From Camelus ferus (taxonomy: Eukaryota): a DNA stretch of 64,000 bases. The stretch lies in contig NC_045696.1 in NCBI RefSeq assembly GCF_009834535.1, positions 106,208,001-106,272,000 on the forward strand. The letters are read 5' to 3'. Every line of letters begins with the position of its first letter. Within the stretch, counting starts at the first letter, position 1. Below are positions 28,461 to 41,714 of the stretch, piece by piece. The position numbers and the translations under genes were made by a program. The notes under the pieces were generated by a model, which made no database searches, had not been told where the DNA came from, and saw only the letters and a program-made list of their open reading frames with translations.

Positions 28461-28497
28461 GCATTCCTTATATTGCAACAGCGCCAGCTAAAAATAG
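28461..28497. promoter_or_regulatory. M-CAT + CArG-like + MEF2 motif cluster
   Basis: CATTCCT at 28462-28468, CCTTATATTG at 28466-28475 (CArG with one mismatch), CTAAAAATAG at 28488-28497 (perfect CTA(A/T)4TAG). Confidence 0.7.
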
Positions 28498-29064
28498 AGC
28501 GCCGCCGCCGCGGGCGCAGGGGAGGACGGGCCCGGCGCCGCGACCCTGCCACCCCCGCGGGTCCCCGGCTCCCAGGACGCACGACCAGCGAGGTCCCAGC
28601 TACCCTCGCTGAGCTCCCCGGAGCCGGCAGGGCGCGCGGGCCGAACTACGGAACCAGGCCGGCGCCACCGCCTCCCCCGCGGCCCCGCGCACTTACCCGG
28701 GTCCGACCCGTGGCGCCGCGGAGCTGGCTTTAAGGTGGACACCGAATGGGAATTCGCCCTGGCCTCTTTAAGAGCCTCTGCGCTCCAGCCTTTAAATCTC
28801 CGCTCCGGCCCGGCCAACTTCGTAGCCTGCAGACGCCTCCCCCGTCCTAGGCGATCCCAGGCCGCCACCTTAATCGCGTCCCCTTCGAATCTCGGGCTGT
28901 GTTTCTTCTTAGATCCTGCCCGCAGCGTCGCTTCTCCCAAGGCCTCTTGGTGCCGGGTTCCTGGGGCTAAAGTTCGTTCAGATGGAGGCGATGGGGACAG
29001 GCGACACGGGTGATCCATTTCACTGTTTCAGTTCCGCTAACTCCTCTCCATCGGCGTCATTTTC

Positions 29065-29820
29065 CCTTTATTTTAAAATTGAGCTATAATTCACATACCA
29101 TGAAATTCCATCTTTTAAACATTGAGTGAGTTTTAGTATATAAAGTCGTGCAACCATCTAATTCCATTCCATTATCTAATCCCAGAACATTTTTGTAACA
29201 CCCCCTCCTAAAAGAAAAAAAACGAACCCCTTTGCAGTCACTCCCCATTCCCCCCTCCTCTCAGCCCCTGGAAACCGCTAATCTTCTTTGTCTCTTTGGA
29301 TTTGCCTACTCAGGACATTTCATGTAAGTGGAGTCATACATGTGGTCTTTTGTGACCCAGCTTCCTTCACTTCACATGATGTTTCTAAGGTTCTTCCACG
29401 TTGCAGCATGAACAATACTTCACTCCTTTTCGGGACCTAACAGCATTCCATTGTGTGGATACACCACATTTTGTTTATCTTTCATCATCTGGTGGACAGG
29501 TAGGTGATTTGTACTTTGGGGCTATTATGAATAAAGCTGCTATGAATATTTGTGTACAAGTCTTTGTATGAACATATGTTTCCATTTCTCTTGGGTATAT
29601 ATACCTAGGATTAGAATTGTGGGTCATATGCTAACTATGTTTAACATTTTGAGGAAACCTCAAACTGTTTTCCAAACCAGCTGCATTACTTTATATTCCG
29701 ACCAACAATGTATGAGGGTTCCACTCTCCACGTCCTCACCAATACCTATCATCTGTTTTTTTTTTTTAATTATAGCTATCCTGAGGGGTGAGAAGTGGTA
29801 TCTCATTGTAGTTTTGATTA
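29065..29820 (-). mobile_element. Old L1 3' fragment
   Basis: Reverse-strand L1 3'UTR and ORF2 end (TTMRYHFSPLRIAIIKK on the minus strand). Confidence 0.85.
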
Positions 29821-32250
29821 TCAGTGTCCTTTTTGAGGGTGTTCTTTTTGTAGGTGGCCCTTGATGATGACTTGAACCAACCTGACACCTCATTCCCTAG
29901 TTATTTTGAGAGCATCACCCACCACCCCAGGTCTCAGGAAGCCTTGCTGCCTCGAGTCCTTCATGTCATGCTGGGGTTTCCAATCTGGTGCCAGTTTCTA
30001 TTGGCACCCCAGGTACTCATGCAGCGATTTGGTGAGAGCTGTTGTGCCCCCCTGCATTCTGTTCCCACCCGCTGTTCTGAAGGCTCCTTGGACCCCTGGA
30101 TTCCCCATGGCATGGGGGAGGGGTTGGGGTGCCATCAAGTGTCTCTCATCTTGATAGAGGGTAAAAGAACTGGTTGAGAAGGGAGCTTGAGGGCCAGATG
30201 TTCATCTTGACTGGCTGGTCTTGCCCTAGGACAGGACCTGCCTCTTCCTCCCTTTTCCATTTCCCACAGCTTTTGGGGGAGACAGGCAGGAGTCTGTGGT
30301 CCTGCCTGTCTGTCAGCCCCTTGTGGGCCCCCTTGTTCAAGAGACATCCTCTCCTGAGCCTTGACTGGCTTAGGGGCCAGAACATTGCCCTCAGTTAGAG
30401 CTAAGACAACGTTTGCACAAGAGTCAAAGGTTTGTCTTTACACCACTTTCATACACAAATCTTTAGTAATCTGTCTCCCTGAGAAATGGAACTCAACCAG
30501 CTAGTAATCACACACAGGTACCTGGGATTCTCTAACAATGAAATTAGACCCTGCAGGTTGTGGCGGAGGTCTTCAGTCCCACACTGGATGCGTGTCCCAT
30601 TTGGGCTGCCTCCTCTGCTCTTTGAGCCCTGAAATAAAGCAGGGCTCAGTCCCTGGTGGATAGGAGCTTTAGAGATGAGGGTCACTGAACAGAAAAGTGA
30701 GGCCTGGGAGAAAAGTTCACCCGTTCAGCAAACACTGCCAGAACACCTATTATGTGTGGTGCTGTGCAAAGTCCTGCCTCCCAGCAAATTCAGAGCACCG
30801 CTGGCCAGGGGTGAGTGGTGTGGAATTGAGAAACACCAGGGCCTGAGGGAGCCCAGAGGAAGGGCATCTAACCCAGTGCGGGGAAGGGGCGAGTGGCCAG
30901 AGCAAGCTTTCTGTGAGAGGTGATGATTGAGCCAGGACCTGAAAGACAAGGACCAATCAACTAGGCTGAGAAGGGAGAGAGAAAACCTGACAGGCTGAGG
31001 TCTGATTGAGCTGTAGTCTTTCCAAAAACTCCAGCAGGTCACCAGGGCTGACCAGGAGTGGTTGGGGCATGGTGGAAGGCCAGACGGGAGGCAGAACCCA
31101 GGAAGGGCTCAGACCCAAGTTTCAGGCCCCGAGGTCTAAGGCAGGCGAGGGACCTGGGTACAGCTTGTTGAATAGACCAAGGATGAGGGCTGCTCGGCTG
31201 CCTGAGAGTAGAGCTTCCCTGCCCGGTGACAAGAACAAAGGAGCCTGGTCTACCACAATACCCCCTGTGCCTGCCTCTCTGCCCAAGCCTGGCTGAGCAC
31301 CATGCCTCAGAGCAGACCCCAGCTGGCATCCGGGGATTCAGTGAGCAACCCCAGGAGGCCCTGTGGACTTCAGGCCCTGGAGCTAGCCAGGTCATGGTGG
31401 TACAACCTTCCTCCAGAACTCCCTGCCCCCAGTGTGGTCCCTGGGGTTAAGGGAGCTCTGAGCTCCAGAACACTCACCTTGTGCCAGATACAGGGCACAG
31501 TGATGGGTCTACATGCCTCCCCATGCCCCAGGCAGACGGTGTCACCCGCTGTCTTAGACATAAGGAGACCGCAAGCCCAACTGCCCCCCTCCCCCACCAG
31601 CGGACTGAGAATCAGGGTCCACTCTTTCCCCGCGTCAGGTGGCCTCGGCAGGCAGATCAGTTGTGTGTGTGTTTGGTGCCGGGAGGGAGCAGGGAGAATG
31701 GGAAGAAAACATTAGCACCTGTCCCCGTCCTAGTCTCTTCAGGCCTGGGGCTGGAATTCATCTTTTGCTGACTTTGGAGCAACCATGGGTTCGCAGAAGA
31801 GCCTCGCCCCACTACACGCCTGTGTATCCCCTCAGCTGACCTTTCTTTTGTGCCAAGTACAAGGCCTTTGTTCCCCTGGGCTGCCCGTGATCTAGTGTCA
31901 AGAGCTACAGTCTTCTCTCAGGGTTGTGGTTTTTTACCAGCCCAGGTTCAACCGTTTCTCATCATTAGCTCTCCCGGATCCCTGCTCTGTCCCCGCCACA
32001 CCTGCCCCCGCCCCATTAGAAGCTAAGCCTCACAAGATTTTCTTATCTGATGCTTGTGGTTACTGATGCTTGTGCTTCATCCTTTACATGGGCTCCCTCT
32101 TGCTCTCTGTGGCCAAAGAGCAGCTTTCAATCAACCCACTTCCCCCTCATGGCCAAGCCTCTCCCCAAAGTGGTCCATGTTCAGCAAACATTTGTTTGTG
32201 ATCATTTGTTTTTCTCACTTTAGTTCTTCCTCTGTTTAAACTAAAGTCCA

Positions 32251-32336
32251 GGGGACAGGGTATAGCTTGGTGGTAGAACTCATGCTTAGCATGTGTGAGG
32301 TCCTGAGTTCAATCCCTAGTGTCTCCATTAATAAAT
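32251..32336 (+). mobile_element. tRNA-derived SINE with TSD
   Basis: gggtatagcttggtggtagaa (A box) ... gagttcaatccc (B box); TSD taaagtccag at 32242-32251 and 32336-32345. Confidence 0.88.
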
Positions 32337-32406
32337 AAAGTCCAGTGACTTTTAAACACTTTGGCCTGCAACCCACAGGAACAAATAGATTTGACATTAC
32401 AAACCT

Positions 32407-32408
<2 letters not shown>

Positions 32409-32437
<29 letters not shown>
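32409..32437. repeat. (AC)n microsatellite
   Basis: Direct reading. Confidence 0.95.
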
Positions 32438-34369
32438 AGTGAAACAAAAATTTCATGAAACAATATTTCTTGTTACTGTGTGCAGTTACTCTGATCTATT
32501 CTATTCTAGTCTGTTCTGTTTCATTAGAAAGTGCTAGCAAAACCTACTAAATTGATTTCATGCCCCACCCATGGGTTGTGACCTACAATGTGAAAAACAT
32601 TGAACCATATTTTCATACCTAGAGCCTCAGTGTAGTGACATGACAGAAATTTAGAAAGGTCTTTAGAAAGAAAGGTATACTTTATAATTTTGAAAACACA
32701 CTTCTAGGGATAATAGTTTGAAAAGAAAAGAGTTCTGATTTTCAAAAGCCTAAGCGATTTCCTCTTGGAGGTAGGACGCGGTAAGCTGTGGCAGGCCAAT
32801 TCTCCGGCAACAAAATGAGATGAGGCTCACCAGCTGTTCCTTCTCCCCTCCCCTAGGACATTTGCTAATTTGGGGCACTGGCTAATGATCAATTTTTGCC
32901 CAGAAGGAAGACTTCTAATGGAGTCAAGAGAAACCAGCAAAGCTTTTAGTGGCCACATAGTTTTAGGATGACAAATTGGAAATCGGGGGCCTTAAAAAGA
33001 CAACCAATTTTCTCCACATGACATGTGCTAAGTTCTGGGCCTGAGAATGCATCTAAAAAGCAGAGTGAAATCTTCCAATGTCCCATAGTGCTTAGAAAAT
33101 AAAGTCTTCACAAGAAGAAAGGGTCAGCCTCAAAAACAAGGTCAGCTCCTGCCTCATGAGATTTGCCAGATTTTGAAGCTCTGTAAGGACAAAGTCCAGA
33201 TAGCTGGGCTGGGAACTTCTGAAGGGCAGAGCTGACTCTCCACAGCCTCCCCTGGCTTAGGATACAGAGACCTGCAAGGCTCTCAGTCAAATTCCACATA
33301 TGAGGAATAGGGGTAAACCAGAGATCAGTTGAGTCCTGCAAAAATTGAAAACCAAGCCCAACTCAGCTCAACCCATCTCTGGATTGAGATGATCATTCTT
33401 CACCACCACCCTGACCCCGACTCTTAAGGGAGGAAAGAGGGAACACTCTATGTGGCAAATGACATCATCTGGAGTCTCTCTACCTCTTATACACAACATC
33501 TGCAGATAGTAAAAAGTAACTAGTCCTGTGAAGAGGCATGAACATATAATTGAAAAGCAAGAGGAAAAAATAGCAGACACATAGATCATTCAGATACTGG
33601 AGTCAGTAGACAGAACTTGAAAATAACTGTGGAGGAACCAGAACTCCTGTACACTGTTGGCGGGAGTGTCAGATGTATATCCACGTGTCAGCCAGAGTGC
33701 ACTCGGGATATGGAAACTACACAGTTCTTTGGAGAAGGGAATTTGAATATAAAGAACTGTTAATTATAAGAGGGGACTAACTACTAAGGAGAAAAGAGAG
33801 CTGCAGAGAATAGTTACAGCAGAAATCTGGAACAGCCGCTAGGGCTCAGGCAGCACCTGAAGAAGGCACAAATCTGCATGAGTCCCATACCTTCTACTAC
33901 CAGGCTGACATCCGTACCTTGTTGGAGACCATGTAGCTATGCCCCACTGGATGATGATGAAGTTTGTGGAAAGTCCATGCATATGGAATTCACTGGAAAA
34001 CATTTCTTTTGGTGCTGAGAGAAGCCCTCCATGGAAGGGTGCCACATGGTGGAAACTGCTGGAAAATTTCCCAAAGGAGCAATGCATTGGAAAGTCAGCC
34101 TCTGGGATTTTGGAGGAAGCTTCCTGTGGAAATGGGCTTTGTGTTTCTGGCTGCCACATGCTGCAGGAACCTGCCAAGTAAGACATCAGACCCAGGAAGA
34201 GAAGCCTCTTTCTTCTACAGTGGCTGCCAGTGCTCCCTACTGACAAGCCTTAATACCATGCCAGATGGCAAAGGAGAAATATTTGCAGGGCCCAGCTCCA
34301 TCAGCACAGAGCAGGTAATTAAGTATGGATTTGGATCTGAGAGGTAATAAATTGATAACTGGCACAAAT

Positions 34370-34930
34370 GGCTTTGAAAAACTGTTTAGTAGAATCTACT
34401 AACACTAGACATACAGCTACCTTCAGACTCAACATTTCTACTTCTAGGTATTTATCTAAGAGAGATTAGTAGGTCTGTTCACCAAAGACATGTGTAACAA
34501 TGTTTACAACTGTCTTAGTCATAATAGCTCCCAGACTGGAGACAATCCAATGCTTATTCACTGGAGGATGAATAAATAAATTGTAGTTTATATATGCAAT
34601 GGAATACTCTACTGCAATAACTAAGAATGAAGGACGATGCACCGATACATAAACAACAAGAATGAATCGCAGAGACATTATATTAAGTGAAAGAAGCCAG
34701 ATGCAACAACATATATAAAGACCAGTAAAAAAAAAAACTAATTGATGGTGACTGAAGTCAGAACAGTAGTTACCTCTTGGGGGAGAGGAATGATAACTGC
34801 ATGTGTGGGAAAGAAGTGCTGGAGATGTATCTTGACCTGGCTGGTTGTTACAGGGATATATACAAACGTGAAAGTTCACCAAGCTGTGCATTAATGATTA
34901 GCACACTTCACACATTTCACTATATGTGTG
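34370..34930 (+). mobile_element. Old L1 3' fragment
   Basis: cttctaggtatttatctaagagag ... aagtgaaagaagccaga ... typical L1M 3' end. Confidence 0.7.
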
Positions 34931-34933
34931 TTA

Positions 34934-35220
34934 TACACTTATCCTTCGGTATCCACAGGGGACTGGTTCCAGGACCTGGTGCGGATACCAAAATCCAGGG
35001 AATGCTCAAGCTCTGTGGTCTGTCCTCCAGTATCTGCAGGTTCCACATCCGTGGATTCAACCAACTGCAGAGATTGTATTAAGTTTCCAATTTGCAGTTG
35101 GTTGAATCTGCAGATGCGGAAACTGTGGGTACCAAGGGTTGACTGCATATTTATGGAAAAAAATCCATGTGTAAGTGGGCCAGAGCAGTTCAAATTCATG
35201 CCACTGAAGGGTGAACTGTA
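34934..35220. mobile_element. TcMar-Tigger-derived MITE (MER2/Tigger-like)
   Basis: ccttcggtatccacaggggactggttccaggacc ... ggataccaaaatcc ... gaagggtgaactgta, with an internal palindromic region and TA flanks. Confidence 0.7.
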
Positions 35221-38200
35221 CTTTAAAACTTCATGATACCCACACTTAGATGAATATATTGAATAAAATGAAGGAAAAGATAGAAAAGTAGGTGAAAGGA
35301 GAAAAATGTCACCAGGTAAGTGGAATCTACCCAAAAACCCCAAAATGATAAAAGTAAAATGAACATTCTGGAACTTAAAAGGTATAATAACTGAAATCAA
35401 GAACTCCTTGGATAACAGCAGATGGAAAACTGAGCACAAAATTAATGAACTTGAAGTTGAGTCAAAAGAATACATTGAAACTAAAGCACAGAGGGAAAAA
35501 AGATAGAGAGAAAAAGAGATGATAGCAAATGATAAGGTGACATATTCAAATGCCCAACATTCTTTCACTGGAGTTTCAGAAGGAGAGAGAGAAAATGGAA
35601 CAGTAGCAGTACTGGTTTCCCCCACTATCTGAAAGTAGAGCATCTCTATGAAATTTTTCATAAGGTGAAATAGCAGTTACCTTAGGAAACATCTTGTTAA
35701 TGGCTGCACAAAATAAATTGAGATACAGCACAGATGCTCATGGACACAGTTCAAAGCTATGGTGCCTTGGTGCTGAGATGCTGAGTGTAGTTCCCAGGGA
35801 AGGAGCTTGGCGATGCCACTTTTGCTGCTTCTGTAACAGCTTGCTGCAAAACAAATGCTGAACATTATTTTCGATTTTCACCTTTTTCTATAAAAGTGAA
35901 AATCCTCTTTGGATTTCTTTCCACTAGTGAAAATAGGTACTAATGTAGGTCTTTTGTAAAAGCAAAATGGCATAAAGTGAACTTTCAAAAAGTGAGGAAT
36001 ACCTATATCCAGAAAGACAATGGCAGAGAGTTTTCCAAAACTGGTAGAAGACATAAATCCACAGATTCAAGTTGCTTGGTGAATTCCAAAAATGGGTAAG
36101 CACAGAGAAAACTACATGCAGGCGCATCATAGTTAAATGGCTGAGAACAGGATAAAAAAATAAAATTTTAAGCATCAGAATCTTTCTTCATTGAAAAAAA
36201 TCCTTTGATGAACATTTCCTGGCAGCTGATAAGAAGCAGAGCTTGGTGAGAGCCATTCCCTGCCACATGAACATGTGACCAGCCTTTCAACAGAAGATAC
36301 CCTCAGTGTCATTCTGCAGCTCAGAGTGTGGGGCCAGCAGGTGCACCTAAGCATCACTTCTGAATGACCCCCAGCCCCAGCTTGCAAAACAGTGGGAAAA
36401 TGATCAACATTTGTTGCCGCATGTTTTCATGCCTTAGTATTTGAAATATAATACCAAGTCAGAGAAAGGAAAAATTTGAAACTGAAATGTAAGATTGGCT
36501 CATTTTAATTTAGCCCAATTTTCTGAAATCCAGTAGCATCACCCCTGTCCACAAATATGACAGAAAAATTCTAAATCTCTGATAGTTCAGATTTTAAAAC
36601 GTTATTTTTACATTAGAACAAATATGGATGCAGTAGTATTCCAAAATACACACAAATGGTTGAGATAAATGTTACCAAAGTGTAGAGAACTCAAAAGACC
36701 TTAGGTGTCTGGGGCAGTCATTCAGGAAGATTCAGGGGACACACTGGAGGAGCAAAACCTTAGGTAACAAGATCTCTGAGGCTTGACTGAGATTCAGATC
36801 TGCCTCAAAAGTTTCTTTTTTTGGCCCAAATAGATATGCAAGGAGTTGTGTTCTACTGAGAAGTTAGACAGAGAATAGGTCCTGCTCGCCAATCTCCCAG
36901 AAGAGCCTAAGCAATCAAGGGGCAAAGCTCATTACCTCTCAGGAGGTGCCAGGAAACGTGGAGGTCTGAGATTTTATCCCACTTGCAAGCTGACAAGTTC
37001 TTCGCCGATAGTTTGATGGACACTGGCAGAGGACATGAAATTCCCGGGTCAGAGGTGAGGGATAGGTTATTTTCACAGCAATAGTAGAAACCAGGGTATT
37101 ATCATTTCTGCAGAGGCTCCCTGAACCTCATTTCCCACAGGACAATGCAAAGAGAGCCACGTGATCCTCCACACGCGTGGGCTGTGTTACAGGAGAAGAA
37201 TTCAGCGCTTTGAGAAACCGAAGCTTTTACACTGGAGAGAAGCATGCTTACTAGGAAGGGAGACATGCTCTCTACCTTCCAAGGCTGTAAGCCCTATTTT
37301 AGAAGGAGAGATGATCTCTATCCTTCAAGGCGGTTTGGTGTATCAGTATTCCTGAAAAGATAGTTGAGAATAAAGGCAATCAGTGCTTTGACTTGTAAAA
37401 TGTACCGAAACATGAGACACCCAGGGAGAAATGCTGCTGACAGGACGGACCTGTGATCAGACTGCTCCACGTTGTGCACAATGTCTCTTTGCCTGCTCCT
37501 TTACCCTCTCAGTAAGCCTGAGTGGTGGGCTGCAAAGGGCTCCTTATAGTCCTGCTTCTGACAGGAACCTGAGGCTCCAGGATGAAATAGTCACTAGGAA
37601 GTGGTTGGGACAGCCTGCCTCACAGGGACTCACAATACAGATCGGCAATTTGATGGGAACCCCCAGTGACTTCTATGATCTGAAGAAAATGCAACACAGC
37701 CCAATGCAGGTTATTTGGCTCAGAGAGACAGGCTGCTTCCATTTTGTGCCTGTGTTTTCCAAGTCAGCCTCACAATCAACAAAAAACTACTAGAACTAAT
37801 AGGTGAGTTAAGCAAGGTCTCAGAATACAAAGTCAATATACAAAAATCAGTGTATTCTTATGATTGGAAAGGAAGTAAAAACACAGAAACAATTTCATTA
37901 ATAATAGCATTAATAAACATGAAATTACAAATGACTTTCAACAACTCTCAAACATTGCTGAAATTTCAAGAGTAAGCAACGAACAGCTATGCAACATTCA
38001 CGAATTGCAAGACTCAGTATTACTAAGATGTCAGTTCTCCTCACATTAATCTTTAGATTCACTGCAATTCTAATCAAATTTCCAACGAGCCTTTTTGGAA
38101 AATACTAACAGGCATTCTAAAAATCAAAAGATGTGGAATAGCCAAAGTAATTTTGATGAGAAAGAAAAGAGATGGAGGACACAGATGATCTGATTTGAAG

Positions 38201-38419
38201 ACTCAGATTGTCTTAGCTCAGGTCACTATAATAAAATACCATAAACTAGGTGGCTTATAAACAATAGAAATTTATTTTGCATGGTTCTGGAGGCTGGAAG
38301 TCAGAGATGACTGGAAGCCAACATGGAGAGGGTCTGTGAAGGCCTCTTCCAGGTTGTAGATGGCTGACTTGTGTCCTCACATGGCAGAAACAGGACTAGC
38401 TAGCTCTCTGGCCTCTTTT

Positions 38420-38709
38420 TAAAAAAAAAAGTTTAGTTTTTTTTTTACATTTTGATCCCCTTCACCCATTTCTCCCACCCCCTCACCCCCGACCTCTGAC
38501 AACCACCAATCTGTTCTCTGTGTCTATGAACTTGGGTTTTTGTTGTTGTTGTTGCTGTTTATTTGTTTAGATTCCACATGTAAGAGCGATCATACAGTAT
38601 TTGTCTTTCTCTGTCTGACTTACTTCACTCAGCATAATGTGCTTGAGGTCGATCCATGCTGTCACAAATGGCAAAATTTCGCTTTTTAATGGCTGAATAA
38701 TATTCCATT

Positions 38710-38740
<31 letters not shown>

Positions 38741-41559
38741 CGCGCGCGCGCACATGTGTGATTATATATATATATCACACTTTCTTTTTTTTTACTGAGT
38801 TATAGTCAGTTTACAATGTTGTCAGTTTCCAGAGTAGAGCACAATTTTTCAGTTATACATGAACATACATATATTCATTGTCACATTCTTTTTCACTGTG
38901 AGCTACCACAAGATCTTGTATATATTTCCCTGTGCTAATCTTGTTTATCTATTCTACATATGCCTGTCAGTATCTACAAGTTTCAAACTCCCAGTCTGTC
39001 CCTTCCCACCCCTCTTCCCCCTGGCAACCACAAGTCTGTATTCTATATCTATGAGTCTGTTTCTGCTTTCTATTTATTTTCTTGTTTTTAGATTCCACAT
39101 ATGAACGATCTCATATGGTATTTTTCTTTCTCTTTCTGGCTTACTTCACTTACAATGACATTCTCCAGGGACATCCATGTTGCTGCAAATGGCGTTATGT
39201 TGTCTTTTTTATGGTTGAATAGTATTCCATTGTATAAATATACCACATCTTCTTTATCCAGTCATCTGTGGATGGACATTTAGGCTGTTTCCATGTCTTT
39301 CCATAGTGCTGCTATGAACATTGGGGTGCAGGTGTCTTTTTGAAGTAGGGTTCCTTCTGGATATATGCCCAGGAGCAGGATTACTGGGTCATATGGTAAG
39401 TCTATTCCTAGTCTTTTGAGGAATCTCCATACTGTTTTCCACAGTGGCTGCATCAAACTGCATTCCCACCAGCAGTGTAGGAGGGTTCCCTTTTTGCCAC
39501 AGCCTCTCCAGCATTTGTCATTTGTGGGTTTTTGAATGATGGCCATTCTGACTGGTGTGAGGTGATACCTCATTGTAGTTTTGATTTGCATTTCTCTGAT
39601 AATTAGTGATATTGAGCATTTTTTCATGTGCCTATTGATCATTTGTATGTCTTCCTTGGAGAATTGCTTATTTAGGTCTTCTGCCCATTTTTGGATTGGG
39701 TTGTTTGTTTTTTTCTTATTAAGTCATACGAGCTGATTATATATTCTGGAGGTCAAGCCTTTGTCAGTTTTATCATTTGCAAAAATTTTCTCCCATTCCG
39801 TAGGTTGTCATTTTGTTTTGCTTATGGTTTCCTTTGCTGTGCAGAAGCTTGTTAGTTTAATTAGGTCCCATTTGTTTATTCTTGCTTTTATTTCTATTGC
39901 TTGGGTAGACTGCCCTAGGAGAACATTTTTGAGATGTATGTGAGATAATGTTTTGCCTACATTTTTTATTTTTATTTTTTATTGAAGTATAGTTGATTTA
40001 CAATGTTTCAGGTATATAGCAAAATGATTCAGTTATACATATATATATTCTTTTTCAGATTTTTTTCCCATTATAGGTTATTACAAGATATTGAATATAG
40101 TTCCCTGTGCTATACAGTAGGTCCTTGTTGTTTATCTATTTTATATATAGTAGTGTGTAACTCCTAATCCCAAAATGCAAATTTATCCCTCCCCCTGTTT
40201 CCCCTTTGGTATCCATAAGTTTGTTTTTTATGTCTGTGAATTTATTTCTGTTCTGTAAATAAGTTCATTTGAATAATTTTTTATATTCCTCATATAAGTG
40301 ATATCATATGATATTTGTCTTTCTCTATCAGACTTAGTTCACTTAGTATGATAATCTCTAGGTCCAACCATGTTGCTGCAAATAGCATTATTTCATTCTT
40401 TTTTATGGCTGAATAATATTCCATTATATATATATATATACATACATACCACATTTTCTTTATCCAATCATCCATTGGACTTACGTTGTTTCCACATGTT
40501 GGCTATTGTAAATAATACTGCAATAAACATGAGGGTGCATGTATCTTTTCAAGTGTTTTTGTTTTCTTTGGATAAATACCCAGCTGCAGAACTGCTGGCT
40601 TATATGGTAGTTTTTTTTTTGAGGAACCTCCATACTGTTTTCCATAGCAGCTGCCCCAATTTACATTCCCACCAACAGTGCTGAGGGTTCCCATTTCTTC
40701 ACATCCTCACCAACATTTGTCTTTTTGATAACAGTCATTCTAATAGGTATGAGGTGATAACTCATTGTGGTTTTGATTTGTAATTCCCTGATGATTAATG
40801 ATGTTGAGCATCTTTTCCTGTACTTGTTGGCTGCCTATATGTCTTCTTTGAAAAAAAAAATGCCTATTCATATCTTCTGCTCATGTAAAAATCAGGTTTT
40901 TTTTGCTATTGTGTTGTATGAATTCTTTGTATAGTTTAGATATTTGCCCCTTATCTGAGACATGTGACTTGCAAGAATTTTCTCCCATACAGTAGGTTTC
41001 CTTTTCATTTTGTTGATGGTTTCTTTTGCTGTGCAGGAGCTTTTTAGTATGACCTAGTCTCACTTATTTATTTTTACTTTTGTTGTCTTTGTTTTGGTGT
41101 TAGATTAAAAACTCATTACCAAGACTTATGTCAAGGAGCTCACCACTTATGTGTTCTTCTAGGAGTTTTATGATTTCAGGTCTTACATTAAAATCTTTAA
41201 TCTATTTTGAGTTAATTTTTGTGTATGGTGTAAGATGCTGGTCCAGTTTTAAACTTTTGCTTGTGGTTGTCCAGTTATCCCAACATCTTTTATTGAAGAA
41301 ACTATCCTTTCCCTGTTGTATTTTCTTGGCTCCTTTGTTGTAAATTAACTGACCATAAGCATGGGTTCATTTCTGCACTCTTCATTCTATTCCACTGATC
41401 TATATGTCTGTTTTTAGCCCAATACCATGCTGTTTTAATTACTATTGTTTTGTAATATAGTTTGAAATCAGGGAGCTTGATGCCTCCAACTCTGTTCTTC
41501 TTCCTCAAGATGACTTTGGCTATTCATGGTCTTGTAGCTCCATACAAATTTTAGGATTG
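38420..41559 (-). mobile_element. Stack of three L1 3' fragments of different ages
   Basis: Three T-rich tail/3'UTR starts (~38420, ~38783, ~39962). The middle copy retains an open ORF2 C-terminus (39280-39642, [32 protein letters not shown]). Confidence 0.88.
38709..38760. repeat. (TG)12(CG)9 compound microsatellite
   Basis: Direct reading; purine-pyrimidine alternation continues to 38760. Confidence 0.95.
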
Positions 41560-41714
41560 CACATGACAGAAAGAGAGCTAGCCAGCTTTCTGGCCTCTTC
41601 TTATAAAGGCACTAATCCCATTTATGGAGGATTCACCCTCATGATCTAACAATCTCCTAAAGGCCTCACCTTCAAATACCATCCCATTAGGATTAGGGTT
41701 TCAACATACGAATT

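Larger units (their letters stand above)
27980..28960 (-). promoter_or_regulatory. MRAS: CpG island / MRAS promoter
   Basis: Very GC- and CpG-dense ~1 kb block with GC boxes (CCCCGCCC) and three minus-strand splice donors, ~24.5 kb upstream of the MRAS coding exon. Confidence 0.9.

Noticed and set aside
28007..29018. Several overlapping Pro/Arg/Ala/Gly-rich ORFs
   Set aside because: Stop-codon scarcity in the CpG island explains them.
32251..32330. tRNA-like A/B boxes
   Set aside because: SINE copy with tail and TSD; not a functional tRNA gene.
34939..35661. 240-aa minus-strand ORF
   Set aside because: Runs across a Tigger MITE and the antisense of an A-rich L1-like fragment; the F/S/L bias is typical of spurious repeat ORFs.
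39280..39642. 120-aa ORF with clear protein-like sequence
   Set aside because: It is the L1 ORF2 C-terminus in a truncated element, not a host gene.
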